A DNA stretch of 64,000 bases from an uncultured Gemmatimonadaceae bacterium (GCA_963761305.1 CAVXGK010000001.1:1440001-1504000), one strand, 5' to 3'. Shown: positions 37,973 to 47,860, numbered from the stretch's first letter. A program made the numbers and translations. The notes: a model not told the origin generated them from the sequence alone.

Positions 37973-39145
37973 CTAGAACAGGTAGCCAAGGCCGATGTAG
38001 ATCGCCGCGGCCGATTGCGACGAGTGCCCGACATCGGTCGAGATCACGAAGCTCGGGCCGAAAGCGAGCCGCACCCCGCCGCCGTACCCCGCGTGAAGTT
38101 CGCTCAGCGCCGTCGAGAGATCCACTCCGTCGCTCCACACGCGGCCCGCGTCTACAAAACCGCTCAGGATCAACGACGACTGTCGTCCGATCAAACCGAA
38201 GTCAGCGGCCCGCCAGCGAAGCTCGTTGTTCGACACGAGCATTCCCTTCCCCACGTAGCGGTCCTTGGGAATTCCGCGAATGGTGCTCGTACCGCCGAGT
38301 CCGTCCTGCGATTTCTGCGTCGTCGCCAGCTCACTCAACGAATAGAACGGCGCGTCGCCGATCGTGTTCTGCAGCACGAGTCGATTCGCGACCGTGACGC
38401 GGCCGCCGAACGGTTGGTAGTGTCGGACCGCGGCGGTCCATCGCGTGTAGTTCCACGACGCGCCGAGCTTCGTGTCGACGCGCTGCACTAGCAGGTCGGC
38501 CCACGTGCCTGACGTCGTACCGATCTCGCGGTCGCGCGTGTCCCACGTGAGTCCGGCGCGCAGGTAGTTCGTGCGCGTCGACCCGGGCTGCAGGCCGTTC
38601 AAATCGTGCTCGATGAGCGTTGACCCGCTATCGAACGGCGTCAGGTCCACTTTCTCCGAGGACGCACCCGCGCCGATCAGATACCGGAGGGACGGCCTGC
38701 CGAGCGTGTGCTGGACGTCCACCGAGGCGCGAAGTCGATCGAGACCGTAGCGGTAGTAGTAGCGCGTGGCGCCCGTCTCGAGCGTCGCGTCGAACGGCGT
38801 TTCGTTGCCGATTCCATAATACGGCGCGGCAAGCTGCTGCTCGCGTCCGGCGTACGCCGTGACGCGCCACGGCCGCGTGTCGGTGGACAGCGCGTCGAAG
38901 AAGACGGTGTAGTCGCGGCGTCCGCGCGTCGTGAGGAATACGGTCGGCTGGAGAGTCCAAGTGTACGCGGTCGATCCGGGCTCGTACTTGTAGAGCGCGA
39001 GGACCGCACCGTAGCCGAAGCCCTCGTCGGCGTCGAAGTTGAGGGCGGGGACGCCGGAGACCTCGACGCCTCGGGGGAGTTGGGCCTCGAGGGCCGGGGC
39101 CGACGCTGTGGCAAGGGCGAGAAAGGCGAGGGCGGGCTTGAGCAT
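37973..39145 (-). CDS. Omp85/BamA-TamA-family beta-barrel protein without POTRA domains
   Basis: Signal peptide; WDTRD, LGGTSTIRG, ELRW, FVDAGRVW, GGGVR; C-terminal YLF. Confidence 0.82.
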   Translation of the reverse strand: MLKPALAFLALATASAPALEAQLPRGVEVSGVPALNFDADEGFGYGAVLALYKYEPGSTAYTWTLQPTVFLTTRGRRDYTVFFDALSTDTRPWRVTAYAGREQQLAAPYYGIGNETPFDATLETGATRYYYRYGLDRLRASVDVQHTLGRPSLRYLIGAGASSEKVDLTPFDSGSTLIEHDLNGLQPGSTRTNYLRAGLTWDTRDREIGTTSGTWADLLVQRVDTKLGASWNYTRWTAAVRHYQPFGGRVTVANRLVLQNTIGDAPFYSLSELATTQKSQDGLGGTSTIRGIPKDRYVGKGMLVSNNELRWRAADFGLIGRQSSLILSGFVDAGRVWSDGVDLSTALSELHAGYGGGVRLAFGPSFVISTDVGHSSQSAAAIYIGLGYLF

Positions 39146-39334
39146 GGGAGGCTCGCGGACTGAGAGATTCATTCGACAGAGGGCGCGACACGAGACAGTC
39201 GACTGCGAGCACACGATGGCCCCGACCGGGAGTGACAACCATGCGCGTGCTGACGTAGGGCCCGGCGCGGATTGACGTAGGCGCGGTCGCCTCGAAGCCT
39301 TGCTGCCCCCTCGGCCCGCCTCGATGTTTCGCGT

Positions 39335-39736
39335 ATGACTCGGGCAAACGACTCGAACGCACCGGACGACACCGAGACGCCGACGGCGCCGACGATTCCC
39401 CCCGCCGACGCAAAGCCGGCCGACGCCGCGGCGGATGCCCCGCCGAGCGCGGACCAGGTCAGGCTCATGCTCCGCAAGGTCAAGGATCCGGAGCTCAACC
39501 TGAACATCGTCGACCTCGGTCTCGTCTACGAGGTACGCGTCGACGACGGCGTCGTGGCGATCGACATGACCCTCACGTCGCCCGGGTGCCCCGCGGGCCC
39601 GCAGATCATGACCGAAATCGAGCGCGTCGTGCGCGCGATAGCGGGCGTCGAAGACGTGGTGCTCAACCTGATCTGGACGCCGTTCTGGACGCCGGATCGG
39701 ATCGAGCCGCGCGTCCGCGCCTACATGGGCTTGTGA
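39335..39736 (+). CDS. DUF59/SufT-like metal-sulfur cluster assembly factor
   Basis: VKDPELNLNIVDLGLVY, MTLTSPGCP, WTPFWTP. Confidence 0.9.
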   Translation: MTRANDSNAPDDTETPTAPTIPPADAKPADAAADAPPSADQVRLMLRKVKDPELNLNIVDLGLVYEVRVDDGVVAIDMTLTSPGCPAGPQIMTEIERVVRAIAGVEDVVLNLIWTPFWTPDRIEPRVRAYMGL

Positions 39737-40890
39737 GACCCGGCTTTCGCCGGCAGGGCCTTTAGAAAATCCTCACCGAGCACGCCGCGCTGCCACGTGC
39801 GGAGCTCGCGCACTTCCGCCAACTCCTCGCGCGACGAGGGGTTCTTGCGGGCCACCGCCTCGAGACGTTCACGCGCGCAGAGCACGCCCGGGTCGAGATC
39901 GAGCCGCGTGGCCGCGGCGTCGCGCACCACCTTGAGCGCCGCCACGCGCGAGTCGAAGTCCGGATCGCGGTCCCACCGCGGCGCTTTCGGAAACTTGGGG
40001 AGCGCGTTCTCGGGGACGGCCACCCCGCGCACGACCGCGTCGATCATCTCACGGCCGCGCGCTTCGATCATTCCGCGCGGCACGCCCTTGATGCTCGACA
40101 GCTGATCGACGCTCGGCGGCTGACGCCTGGCGATCTCGAGCAGTTGCTCGTTGCCGACGATGCGGAACGTCGCACGATCGAGCTGACGCGCGACCCCATC
40201 GCGCCATTGCACAAGCTCGCGCAGCACCGCGAGCTCGCGCCGCGAGAGATCTCGCGCGCCCTTGATGCGAAGAAACGAGTCGCCGGCGTCGTCGTCGGAC
40301 CACCGCGTTCCCTCGAGGAGCGCGAACTCCTCGCGCGCCCAGTCGAGTCGCCCGGCACGCTCGAGCTCGTGTTCGAGACGATCGCGCAGCTCGAGCAGAT
40401 GAATCGTGTCCTGCGCGGCGTAGTCCAGCATGCCTTGCGGGAGCGGCCTCATGGACCAGTCCGCTCGCTGGTGTTTCTTGTCCAGCTTCACACCGAAGTA
40501 CCGGTCGAGCAGCGCCGCCAATCCGAACGCGCGAAGGCCGAGCAGCTGGGCCGCCACGCGCGTGTCGAAGATGTTTCGCACGTGCCATTTGTAATCCTGC
40601 TGCAGGAGCCGCAGGTCGTAGTCCGCGTCGTGAAAAACGATCTCGATCGCGGGGTCCTCCAGCAGCCGCCCGAGCGCCGCGGGCCGGCCGATGGGTATGG
40701 GGTCGATTATCGCCGTGCGTTCGCGGGTCGAGAGTTGCAACAGGTAGATTCGATCCACGAATCGGTGGAAGCTGGCGCCCTCGGTATCCAGGGCGATGCT
40801 TCTCGATTCGACCGAACCGGCGGAGGGATGTATCGCGGCGAGAAAGGAGTCGACGGTTTCCGGCGTGTCGAGATAGACGGGCGTATGCAC
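39721..40890 (-). CDS. rnd: Ribonuclease D
   Basis: IALDTE, LLQLST, FHDADYD, FDTRVAA, ADWSMRPL, YAAQD; HRDC domain. Confidence 0.92.
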   Translation of the reverse strand: MHTPVYLDTPETVDSFLAAIHPSAGSVESRSIALDTEGASFHRFVDRIYLLQLSTRERTAIIDPIPIGRPAALGRLLEDPAIEIVFHDADYDLRLLQQDYKWHVRNIFDTRVAAQLLGLRAFGLAALLDRYFGVKLDKKHQRADWSMRPLPQGMLDYAAQDTIHLLELRDRLEHELERAGRLDWAREEFALLEGTRWSDDDAGDSFLRIKGARDLSRRELAVLRELVQWRDGVARQLDRATFRIVGNEQLLEIARRQPPSVDQLSSIKGVPRGMIEARGREMIDAVVRGVAVPENALPKFPKAPRWDRDPDFDSRVAALKVVRDAAATRLDLDPGVLCARERLEAVARKNPSSREELAEVRELRTWQRGVLGEDFLKALPAKAGSHKPM

Positions 40891-40911
40891 GCTGGCAATT
40901 TAACCGGCACG

Positions 40912-41868
40912 GTGCTGCCGCTGATCCGGCGTTTCTCCGCGCTCGCCAACGTTCCGCGCGTGGTGCTGGCGAACGGACCGACGCGCGTCGACCACGCGTC
41001 CAGCGTGAACCCCAACCTCTGGATCAAACGCGACGACATGTTCGCCGACCCGCTCGGCGGCAACAAGGCGCGCGCTCTCGAGTTCCTGCTGGGCAACGTG
41101 CTGCCCAACGACTTGGTGGTCACTGTCGGGGCCGAGGGGTCGACGCACGTGCTGTCGGTCGCGATGTACGGCCGCCGCCTTGGCGCGCACGTCGCCGCGG
41201 GGCGTTGGCGACAAATCATGAACCCGACCGCGGCCCGCGTTTCGGCGCTCACGTCCCGCCTCGCCGACGAGGCGCCCATGTTTCGCTCGATCGCCGGAGC
41301 ATATGCGTGGGCTTGGCGCCGGCGTCGCACACCCAATGCCCGATGGATCGCCGCCGGGGGCGCGACCCCGCTGGGTGTCCTGGGACACGTGAACGCCGGG
41401 TTGGAGCTGGTCGATCAAATAGATGGCGGCGAACTACCGCCGCCCGCGTGCGTCGTCGTTCCGTTCGGTACGGGAGCGACGTCGGCAGGACTCGCGCTCG
41501 CGTTCGCGATCGCCGGCCTGAAGACGACGGTGGTCGGGGTACGGGTGGTCTCGCTCGTCGTCGGGCGCCGCGCGCGGGCGCGCCGTCTCGCGTCGGACGC
41601 GGCGAGGTTCATCGAAGGGATGGTGGGACGCCGATTGCCGCGCGTCGCCAGAGACGGGCTGCACGTCGTACACGGCGCCTTCGGGGGCGGCTACGGACGC
41701 GAAACGGAGACGGCTCGCGCGACGGCGCTGCATCTGCGCGACCTCACCGGTATCGAGCTCGACGCGACGTACTCGGCAAAAGCGTTCCATGTCGCGATGG
41801 ATCTCGCTCGACACAGCCCGACCCTGTTCTGGTTAACGTTCGACTCTCGCGCACTCAACACACAATGA
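40912..41868 (+). CDS. PLP-dependent enzyme, D-cysteine desulfhydrase/ACC deaminase family
   Basis: LWIKRDD, GGNKAR (PLP lysine), GGATPLG, PFGTGATSAG, LDATYSAKA. Confidence 0.82.
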   Translation: MLPLIRRFSALANVPRVVLANGPTRVDHASSVNPNLWIKRDDMFADPLGGNKARALEFLLGNVLPNDLVVTVGAEGSTHVLSVAMYGRRLGAHVAAGRWRQIMNPTAARVSALTSRLADEAPMFRSIAGAYAWAWRRRRTPNARWIAAGGATPLGVLGHVNAGLELVDQIDGGELPPPACVVVPFGTGATSAGLALAFAIAGLKTTVVGVRVVSLVVGRRARARRLASDAARFIEGMVGRRLPRVARDGLHVVHGAFGGGYGRETETARATALHLRDLTGIELDATYSAKAFHVAMDLARHSPTLFWLTFDSRALNTQ

Positions 41869-42284
41869 CCGTTACCGCACTGCCGGAAGTCACGTTCCAC
41901 ATCTATCCGACCGACTGCGACATGCTCGGGCACTTGAACCACGCGTCGATGCTCGGATTTCTCGAGCGGGCGCGGTGGGCCCTGCTCGAGCCTCAGATCG
42001 ACGTGAGAGAATACTCGAGGCTGCCTGTGTACTCGGTGGTGCGGCACGTCGACATCGGCTATCTCGCGCAGTCGCTGCCGGGCGAGAACCTGGTGATTCG
42101 GTCCGGACTCCTCGCCATCAAGCGCACCAGCTACATCATCAGGCAGGAAGTGCGGAAGCTCGGCAGCGAGACGCTGGTCGCCGAGGCGTCGATCGTGTTC
42201 GTGGCGATCAACCAGCAGGGTGAGCCGGTGCCGGTGCCGGACACCTGGCGGGAGTGGCTGCCCGCCTGGCCGGAGCCGGAGTGA
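41865..42284 (+). CDS. Acyl-CoA thioesterase (4HBT/hotdog fold)
   Basis: DCDMLGHLNHA...FLERAR; ATGA overlap with the upstream gene. Confidence 0.88.
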   Translation: MTVTALPEVTFHIYPTDCDMLGHLNHASMLGFLERARWALLEPQIDVREYSRLPVYSVVRHVDIGYLAQSLPGENLVIRSGLLAIKRTSYIIRQEVRKLGSETLVAEASIVFVAINQQGEPVPVPDTWREWLPAWPEPE

Positions 42285-43075
42285 TCGCGCTCGTCGACAA
42301 CGCGAGCATCGCGTTCGACGACATCGGCTCGGGTTTTCCAGTTGTCTTCCTGCACGCGTTCCCGCTGAACCGTACGATGTGGGATCCGCAGGTGAGCGCG
42401 CTCGTCGCCGAATGCCGCTGCATCGCGATCGACATGCGCGGCGCGGGCGAATCGACGCCGACGCCGCCGTTCTCGGTGGACCGCTTCGCCGACGACGTCG
42501 CGGGCGTGCTCGACACGCTGCAGATCGAGCGCGCGGTGATCGTCGGTCTGTCGATCGGCGGCTACATCGCGTTCGCGCTCTGGCGCCGGCACCGGCGCCG
42601 CGTGCGCGCGCTCGTCCTCGCCGACACGCGCTCGGGTCCAGACACTGTCGCGCAGATCGAACGGCGTCGCACGCTCATCGAGCTCGCCGAGTCGCAGGGC
42701 AGCTCGGCGATCGCCAACGCGCAGATCGCGTCGCTCGTCGGCAAGTCGACGCGCGACAAGCGGCCCGACATCTACGACGCGGTGCACCGCATCATCGCGC
42801 AGTCGCCGACCGAAGGTATCATCGGTGGACTCGAGGCGATGATCGAACGGCCCGACTCGGCGCCGACCTGCAAGACGATCGACGTGCCGACGCTCATCGT
42901 GGTGGGCGACGAGGACGTGGCGACGCCGCCGGACGAATCGCGCGCCCTGCACTCGCAGATCGCCAACAGCCGGCTCGAGGTTCTGCACCAGGCCGGGCAT
43001 CTCTCGAACCTCGAGCGGCCCGCGGCGTTCAATACCGTGGTCGGCGAATTTCTCGCCGGGCTGCTCTACAACTAG
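42281..43075 (+). CDS. Alpha/beta-fold hydrolase
   Basis: LHAFPL, DMRGAGES, GLSIGG nucleophile, GDED, AGHLSNLE; GTGA overlap. Confidence 0.9.
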   Translation: MIALVDNASIAFDDIGSGFPVVFLHAFPLNRTMWDPQVSALVAECRCIAIDMRGAGESTPTPPFSVDRFADDVAGVLDTLQIERAVIVGLSIGGYIAFALWRRHRRRVRALVLADTRSGPDTVAQIERRRTLIELAESQGSSAIANAQIASLVGKSTRDKRPDIYDAVHRIIAQSPTEGIIGGLEAMIERPDSAPTCKTIDVPTLIVVGDEDVATPPDESRALHSQIANSRLEVLHQAGHLSNLERPAAFNTVVGEFLAGLLYN

Positions 43076-43093
43076 CGGGAACCGGCGGCCGGT

Positions 43094-43714
43094 CTAGCCG
43101 AATCGCTGCTTCAGGCCGAAGACGACGACGAGCGCGACGAACTGCATGAACGTGCTCTTCTCGCTCCGCCAGGCTTCGCCCCAGTGGTGCGGCCCCGGCT
43201 CGCGCACTTTGGGTCTGCGCGCCAGCCAACGCGGCGTCGTCGCCTTGTAGTCGAGGTAGTCTCTACCAAAGATGGATTCCAGCACGCCTTCTTCGTAGGC
43301 GACGATGAAGTAGTACTCGGTCGCGAAGACGATGATGGCGAGCGGTATGAGCCACGCGACGCCGGAGATCGTCACGAAACCCATCCAGATCAGAAAATTT
43401 CCGATATAGAGCGGGTTTCGCACCCAACCAAAGATTCCATACGTCACGAGCCGTTGGACATCGCGCGAACGGCGGCGCGTCACGGTGCCGGCGGCGGCGA
43501 CGCCGGCCAGGCGAATGAACTCGCCCGGCACGATCAACGCGAAGCCGACGATCCAATTCAGGGCGGTCGCGTGAGCGGGAACGAGCAGCGCGAGAAGAAG
43601 AAACGGGACCGGCAGCCAACTCCGCGCGCGAAACAGCGCGCCGCCGATGCGCGCGCTCGTACGCCGTTCGGCCGCCGAGGCCGACGGTTCGCGTGCATCG
43701 AGCGCGGCAGACAT
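43094..43714 (-). CDS. Isoprenylcysteine carboxyl methyltransferase-family membrane protein
   Basis: LVTYGIFGWVRNPLYIG, EEGVL...FGRDY...TPRW. Confidence 0.85.
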   Translation of the reverse strand: MSAALDAREPSASAAERRTSARIGGALFRARSWLPVPFLLLALLVPAHATALNWIVGFALIVPGEFIRLAGVAAAGTVTRRRSRDVQRLVTYGIFGWVRNPLYIGNFLIWMGFVTISGVAWLIPLAIIVFATEYYFIVAYEEGVLESIFGRDYLDYKATTPRWLARRPKVREPGPHHWGEAWRSEKSTFMQFVALVVVFGLKQRFG

Positions 43715-43720
43715 CACGCG

Positions 43721-43984
43721 CTACTTCTGCGGCTTGCCGGGCGGCGTCGCGCTCTTGAAGACGTCGCGGTTGATCTGGATGAACTGCTTCTGGTTCGCGG
43801 GCACATCCTCTTCCGGAAAAATCGCCGTCACAGGGCATTCCGGTTCGCACGCGCCGCAGTCGATGCACTCGTCCGGGTGGATGAACAGCTGCTGGTCACC
43901 TTCATAGATGCAGTCGACAGGACACACGTCGACGCAGGCGCGGTCTTTGACGTTGACGCAGGCTTCCGTGATGACGTAGGGCAT
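43721..43984 (-). CDS. 7Fe ferredoxin (FdxA type)
   Basis: MPYVITEACVNVKDRACVDVCPVDCIY...CIDCGACEPECPVTAI. Confidence 0.93.
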   Translation of the reverse strand: MPYVITEACVNVKDRACVDVCPVDCIYEGDQQLFIHPDECIDCGACEPECPVTAIFPEEDVPANQKQFIQINRDVFKSATPPGKPQK

Positions 43985-44037
43985 TCGATGCCTCAAGTGG
44001 TGCTGCGGTGGGAGCTTATACGGCCTAAGTTAGCCCT

Positions 44038-44502
44038 ATGCGGTTTATCGTCAACGGAGCCGAACACGACGTGGCGGCGCCAGGCCACGAGACGCTGCTC
44101 ACCACCCTGCGCGACCGTCTCGCCCTCACCGGGACGAAGCTCGTCTGCGGCCGCGGCGAGTGCGGCGCCTGCACCGTAATGCTCGACGGCGTCTCGGTGT
44201 ACTCGTGCCTCACGCTCACGGCGGCGTGCGCCGACCGACGCGTCGCGACGGTCGAGGGGCTCGCCAACGGCGACACGCTCCACCGCGTGCAGCAGGCCTT
44301 CATCGAACACGACGCGCTGCAGTGCGGATTTTGCACGCCCGGCCAGATCATGGCCGCCGTCGCGCTGCTCAACGAAAACCCGAATCCAACCGAGACCGAA
44401 GTGCGGCGAGGAATGAGCGGAAACCTCTGTCGCTGCGGTACGTATCCCAAGATCGTGCGCGCCGTCCTCGCCGCGGCGGAAACGGAAGCGTCGCATGGCT
44501 AA
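44038..44502 (+). CDS. Xanthine dehydrogenase-family 2Fe-2S subunit
   Basis: GTKLVCGRGECGACTV, QCGFCTPG, GNLCRCG. Confidence 0.93.
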   Translation: MRFIVNGAEHDVAAPGHETLLTTLRDRLALTGTKLVCGRGECGACTVMLDGVSVYSCLTLTAACADRRVATVEGLANGDTLHRVQQAFIEHDALQCGFCTPGQIMAAVALLNENPNPTETEVRRGMSGNLCRCGTYPKIVRAVLAAAETEASHG

Positions 44503-46768
44503 GCGCTTCGTCACCACCAAAGTCGAGATCGAAGGGCGCGAAGAGACGAAAATCGTCGAGCTGCCGTCGCGCAATCCGGAGCCGTGGGGAGAGGACGCGA
44601 ATCTCACGATCGTCGGCCAACGCGCTGTCCGCGCCGACGCGCTCGAGAAGGTGACGGGAGTCGCCCGCTACACCGCCGACGTCGACCTGCCGGGCATGCT
44701 CTACGCGGCGATCCTCCGCGCGCCGGCCGCCAACGGCCGCGTCGTGTCGCTCGACGTCTCGCCGGCGCTCGCAATGGCCGGCGTGCGTGGCGCGGTCTCG
44801 CACGACGACATGCCGAACACGAAGCTCGACGGCATTCGGCTGTTCGATCGCGAGATCCACTACGCGAACCAGCCGCTCGCCGCCATCTGCGCCGACTCCC
44901 TCGACGTGGCGCGCCGAGCGATCGACGCGATTCGTCTCGAGATCGTCGAGGCGCCGCACGCGGTGACCGCCGACGCCGCACTCGCGGAAGGCGCGCCCTA
45001 CGTTCGAAAACACGGCAACCTCACGCGCAACTCGCCCGACGTCACCGCGCGCGGCGACGTCGACGCCGGGCTGCGCGACGCCGAGGTCACGATCACGCGC
45101 GAGTATCGCACGCCGGTCGCCCTGCACACGGCGCTCGAGCCACACGGCGCCGTCGCCGATTGGTCGGCCGGACGCGTCACCGTCTACGAGTCGACGCAGG
45201 GCATCTTCAACACTCGGCGCGACCTCGCCGATGCGTTCGACCTGCCGCTCACCAACGTCCGCGTCATCAAGAACTACATGGGCGGCGGATTTGGGGCGAA
45301 GAACGGCGCGTCGATGGGCGCCTACATCGCCGTCGCGCTGTCGAAGCAGACCGGACGACCGGTGCGCTGCATCTACGACCGCGAAGGCGAGCAGACCGAC
45401 GCCGGCAACCGGCCGTCGACCACGCAGCGCGTCACACTCGGCGCCAAGCGCGACGGGACGCTGACCGCGATCGTGCTCGACGCCACGATCGCGATGGGCG
45501 CCGGCGGATACCCCGAGGGGCCGGGCCGCATCTACCACGAGATGTACCGCTGCGCGAACGTGCGCACGACCGAGACGTTCGTCTACACACACACGGGCCC
45601 CCGCGCGTCATTCCGCGCGCCGGGCCACGTCGAAGGCGCGTTCGGACTCGAGCGCGCCATGGACTCATTGGCGCACGAACTGAAGATCGATCCGCTCGAG
45701 CTGCGCCGCCGCAACTACGCGCGCGACGATCAGGAAAAGCAGCGCCCGTACTCGGCGAAGCATCTCGACCAGTGCTACGCGCTCGGCGCCGAACGATTCG
45801 GCTGGGAGCGCGCGCGATCGCGCAAGTCGATGGACGATCGCTTCCGCCGCGGCGTCGGCATGGCGTCGCTCACATGGAACGCCGGCGGCGGACCGCCCGC
45901 CTACGCGACGGTGCGCATCAATCGCGACGGGACGATTGAGGTCCTCACCGGCGCGCAGGACCTGGGCACCGGCGCGCGCACCGTCTTCTCGCAGATCGCC
46001 GCCGAAGTGCTCGGCGCGCGGCTCGAAGACGTGCGCACCATCCTCGGCGATACCGAGCGATTGCCGTTCGCGTCGAACTCGTGGGGCTCGATCACGACGG
46101 CGTCGGTCGGGCCAGCGGTACGCGTGGCCGCGCTCGAGGCGCGCGATTCACTCTTCGAGGCCGCCGCCGAACTGCTCGACTGCAGCGTCGAAGACCTCGA
46201 ATCGCGCGACAGCGAGCTGCGCGACACCAGCACCGACCGCTGCATGCTGTTCAAGGACGTATGCGAACGGCTGGGCGACGTGATGATCATCGGCCAGGGA
46301 AGCCGCGGCCCGAACCCGGACGGAACGGCGATGTCCGCATTCGGCGCCCACTTCGCCGAGGTGGAAGTCGACATCGAAACCGGCCGAGTGCGCGTGCTCC
46401 GCATCGTCGCCGCGCACGACTCCGGCCGTATCATCAACCCGACGTTGGCCGAGGGGCAGCTCGAGGGCGGGATCATTCAAGGATTGGGATATGCGTTGTT
46501 CGAGGAGCGCGTCGTGGACGCGACGCTCGGCGTTTCACTCAATCCGACGATGCACGACTACAAGATCCCGACGATCGGCGACGTTCCGCAGATCGACGCG
46601 TTCTTCATCGACCGCGCGGACCCGGTAGCGAACCACACCGGCGCGAAGGGCGTCGCCGAGCCGCCGATCATTCCTGTGGCGCCGGCGATCGCGAACGCGG
46701 TGGCGGATGCGCTGGGTGTCGAGGTGAACGAGCTGCCGTTGGCGCCGTGGAGGGTGGTGGACCGGTAG
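44495..46768 (+). CDS. Xanthine dehydrogenase-family molybdopterin-binding subunit
   Basis: EKVTG, MGGGFGAK, FRAPG, QDLGTG, GQLEGGIIQGLG, AKGVAEPP. Confidence 0.93.
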   Translation: MAKRFVTTKVEIEGREETKIVELPSRNPEPWGEDANLTIVGQRAVRADALEKVTGVARYTADVDLPGMLYAAILRAPAANGRVVSLDVSPALAMAGVRGAVSHDDMPNTKLDGIRLFDREIHYANQPLAAICADSLDVARRAIDAIRLEIVEAPHAVTADAALAEGAPYVRKHGNLTRNSPDVTARGDVDAGLRDAEVTITREYRTPVALHTALEPHGAVADWSAGRVTVYESTQGIFNTRRDLADAFDLPLTNVRVIKNYMGGGFGAKNGASMGAYIAVALSKQTGRPVRCIYDREGEQTDAGNRPSTTQRVTLGAKRDGTLTAIVLDATIAMGAGGYPEGPGRIYHEMYRCANVRTTETFVYTHTGPRASFRAPGHVEGAFGLERAMDSLAHELKIDPLELRRRNYARDDQEKQRPYSAKHLDQCYALGAERFGWERARSRKSMDDRFRRGVGMASLTWNAGGGPPAYATVRINRDGTIEVLTGAQDLGTGARTVFSQIAAEVLGARLEDVRTILGDTERLPFASNSWGSITTASVGPAVRVAALEARDSLFEAAAELLDCSVEDLESRDSELRDTSTDRCMLFKDVCERLGDVMIIGQGSRGPNPDGTAMSAFGAHFAEVEVDIETGRVRVLRIVAAHDSGRIINPTLAEGQLEGGIIQGLGYALFEERVVDATLGVSLNPTMHDYKIPTIGDVPQIDAFFIDRADPVANHTGAKGVAEPPIIPVAPAIANAVADALGVEVNELPLAPWRVVDR

Positions 46769-46784
46769 ACCGGTAGACCGGTAG
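46756..46784. repeat. Octamer microsatellite (GACCGGTA), left flank of yhbY
   Basis: ggtggaccggtagaccggtagaccggtag. Confidence 0.8.
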
Positions 46785-47090
46785 CTATTTGTGCCACGGC
46801 TTCTTGTCGGCCTTCCGAGGCAGGTCCGGATTCTCGCGATAGAGCGTCGCGGTTCGACCGATCACCTGCACGATGTCCGCGCCGAGCGCCGACGCGAGTG
46901 AGTTCGCGGCGGCCTTCACGTCGGTCTCGGCGTTCTTGCCGAATTGGATCTTCACCAGCTCGTGCGTGCGCAAGTCGTCGTCGATCGTCTGGCGGACGGT
47001 GTCGGTGAGCCCGTGCTGCCCGACGTGAGTACTCGCCGAGAGATGGTGCGCCTCGCCGCGCAACGCGGCCCGCTCTTTGGATGACAGCAT
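46785..47090 (-). CDS. yhbY: YhbY/CRM-domain RNA-binding protein
   Basis: LSSKERAALRGEAHHL, HELVKIQ, VQVIGRTATLYR. Confidence 0.88.
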   Translation of the reverse strand: MLSSKERAALRGEAHHLSASTHVGQHGLTDTVRQTIDDDLRTHELVKIQFGKNAETDVKAAANSLASALGADIVQVIGRTATLYRENPDLPRKADKKPWHK

Positions 47091-47110
47091 GCGGAGAAGT
47101 TATGCCCATC

Positions 47111-47176
47111 CCGGTCCACCGGTCCACCGGTCCACCGGTCCACCGGTCCACCGGTCTACCAATCCACCGGGCCACC
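47111..47176. repeat. Octamer microsatellite (CCGGTCCA)x5 plus degenerate copies
   Basis: ccggtcca x5, then ccggtcta, ccaatcca, ccgggcca. Confidence 0.9.
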
Positions 47177-47860
47177 CGTATGATGTACTCGCTCGTGGCG
47201 CACGCCGCCGAGCGCCTCGAACGGATCGATCGGCTCGCCGTCCCAGTACTTGTTGTCGGCCGGCCAGCGCATGACCTGAAAGTGCAGGTGCGGCAAGTCC
47301 TTCGGCGCGTTGCCGGTCGTGCCGACGAAGCCGAGCGTGTCGCCCTTCACGATCTCGCGCCCGGGCGACATCGCGTCGTTGTAATGATCCATATGAGCGT
47401 AGTAGTACACGAGCCTGGCGTCGGGGTCGACCGTGTACATCGAGATGCCGCCTAGCTCGCTCGTCGACATGCGGAGGATCTTCCCGTCGTCGGCGGCGAG
47501 GATCGGCGTGCCGCGCGGCGCGAGGATGTCGATCGCCCGGTGTGTGCGTCCGCCGTCGCGCGGTTCATAGAACGAGTCTTCCACTTTCGACATGTCGGCG
47601 CCGGCCACCGGCATGAGGATGCGCCGGCTCAGCAAGTACGCCACGCCGCTCGTCGTCGATCCGACGACGCCGACGGTCGCGTCCGGAAAGGACGTCGGCG
47701 ACGGCGATGGCGACGAGGTCCGCGGCGCGCGCGACGTCGCGACCGGATTGGACGATGGTCCCGGGTCGGGGTCGGGATAGTACAACGTCGGGCGCGCGCA
47801 CCCGGCCAACGAGCCGAGCGCGACGCCGACGGCGACAGAGAGGAAGTGCGTGCGCATCAT
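47156..47860 (-). CDS. M23-family metallopeptidase lipoprotein
   Basis: Lipobox LAGC; HRAID, YAHMD, GTTGNA, HLHF. Confidence 0.9.
   Translation of the reverse strand: MMRTHFLSVAVGVALGSLAGCARPTLYYPDPDPGPSSNPVATSRAPRTSSPSPSPTSFPDATVGVVGSTTSGVAYLLSRRILMPVAGADMSKVEDSFYEPRDGGRTHRAIDILAPRGTPILAADDGKILRMSTSELGGISMYTVDPDARLVYYYAHMDHYNDAMSPGREIVKGDTLGFVGTTGNAPKDLPHLHFQVMRWPADNKYWDGEPIDPFEALGGVRHERVHHTGGPVDW

Noticed and set aside
40144..40911. N-terminal extension of the PLP enzyme ORF (574 aa)
   Set aside because: It is the antisense of rnd; family similarity begins only near 40912.
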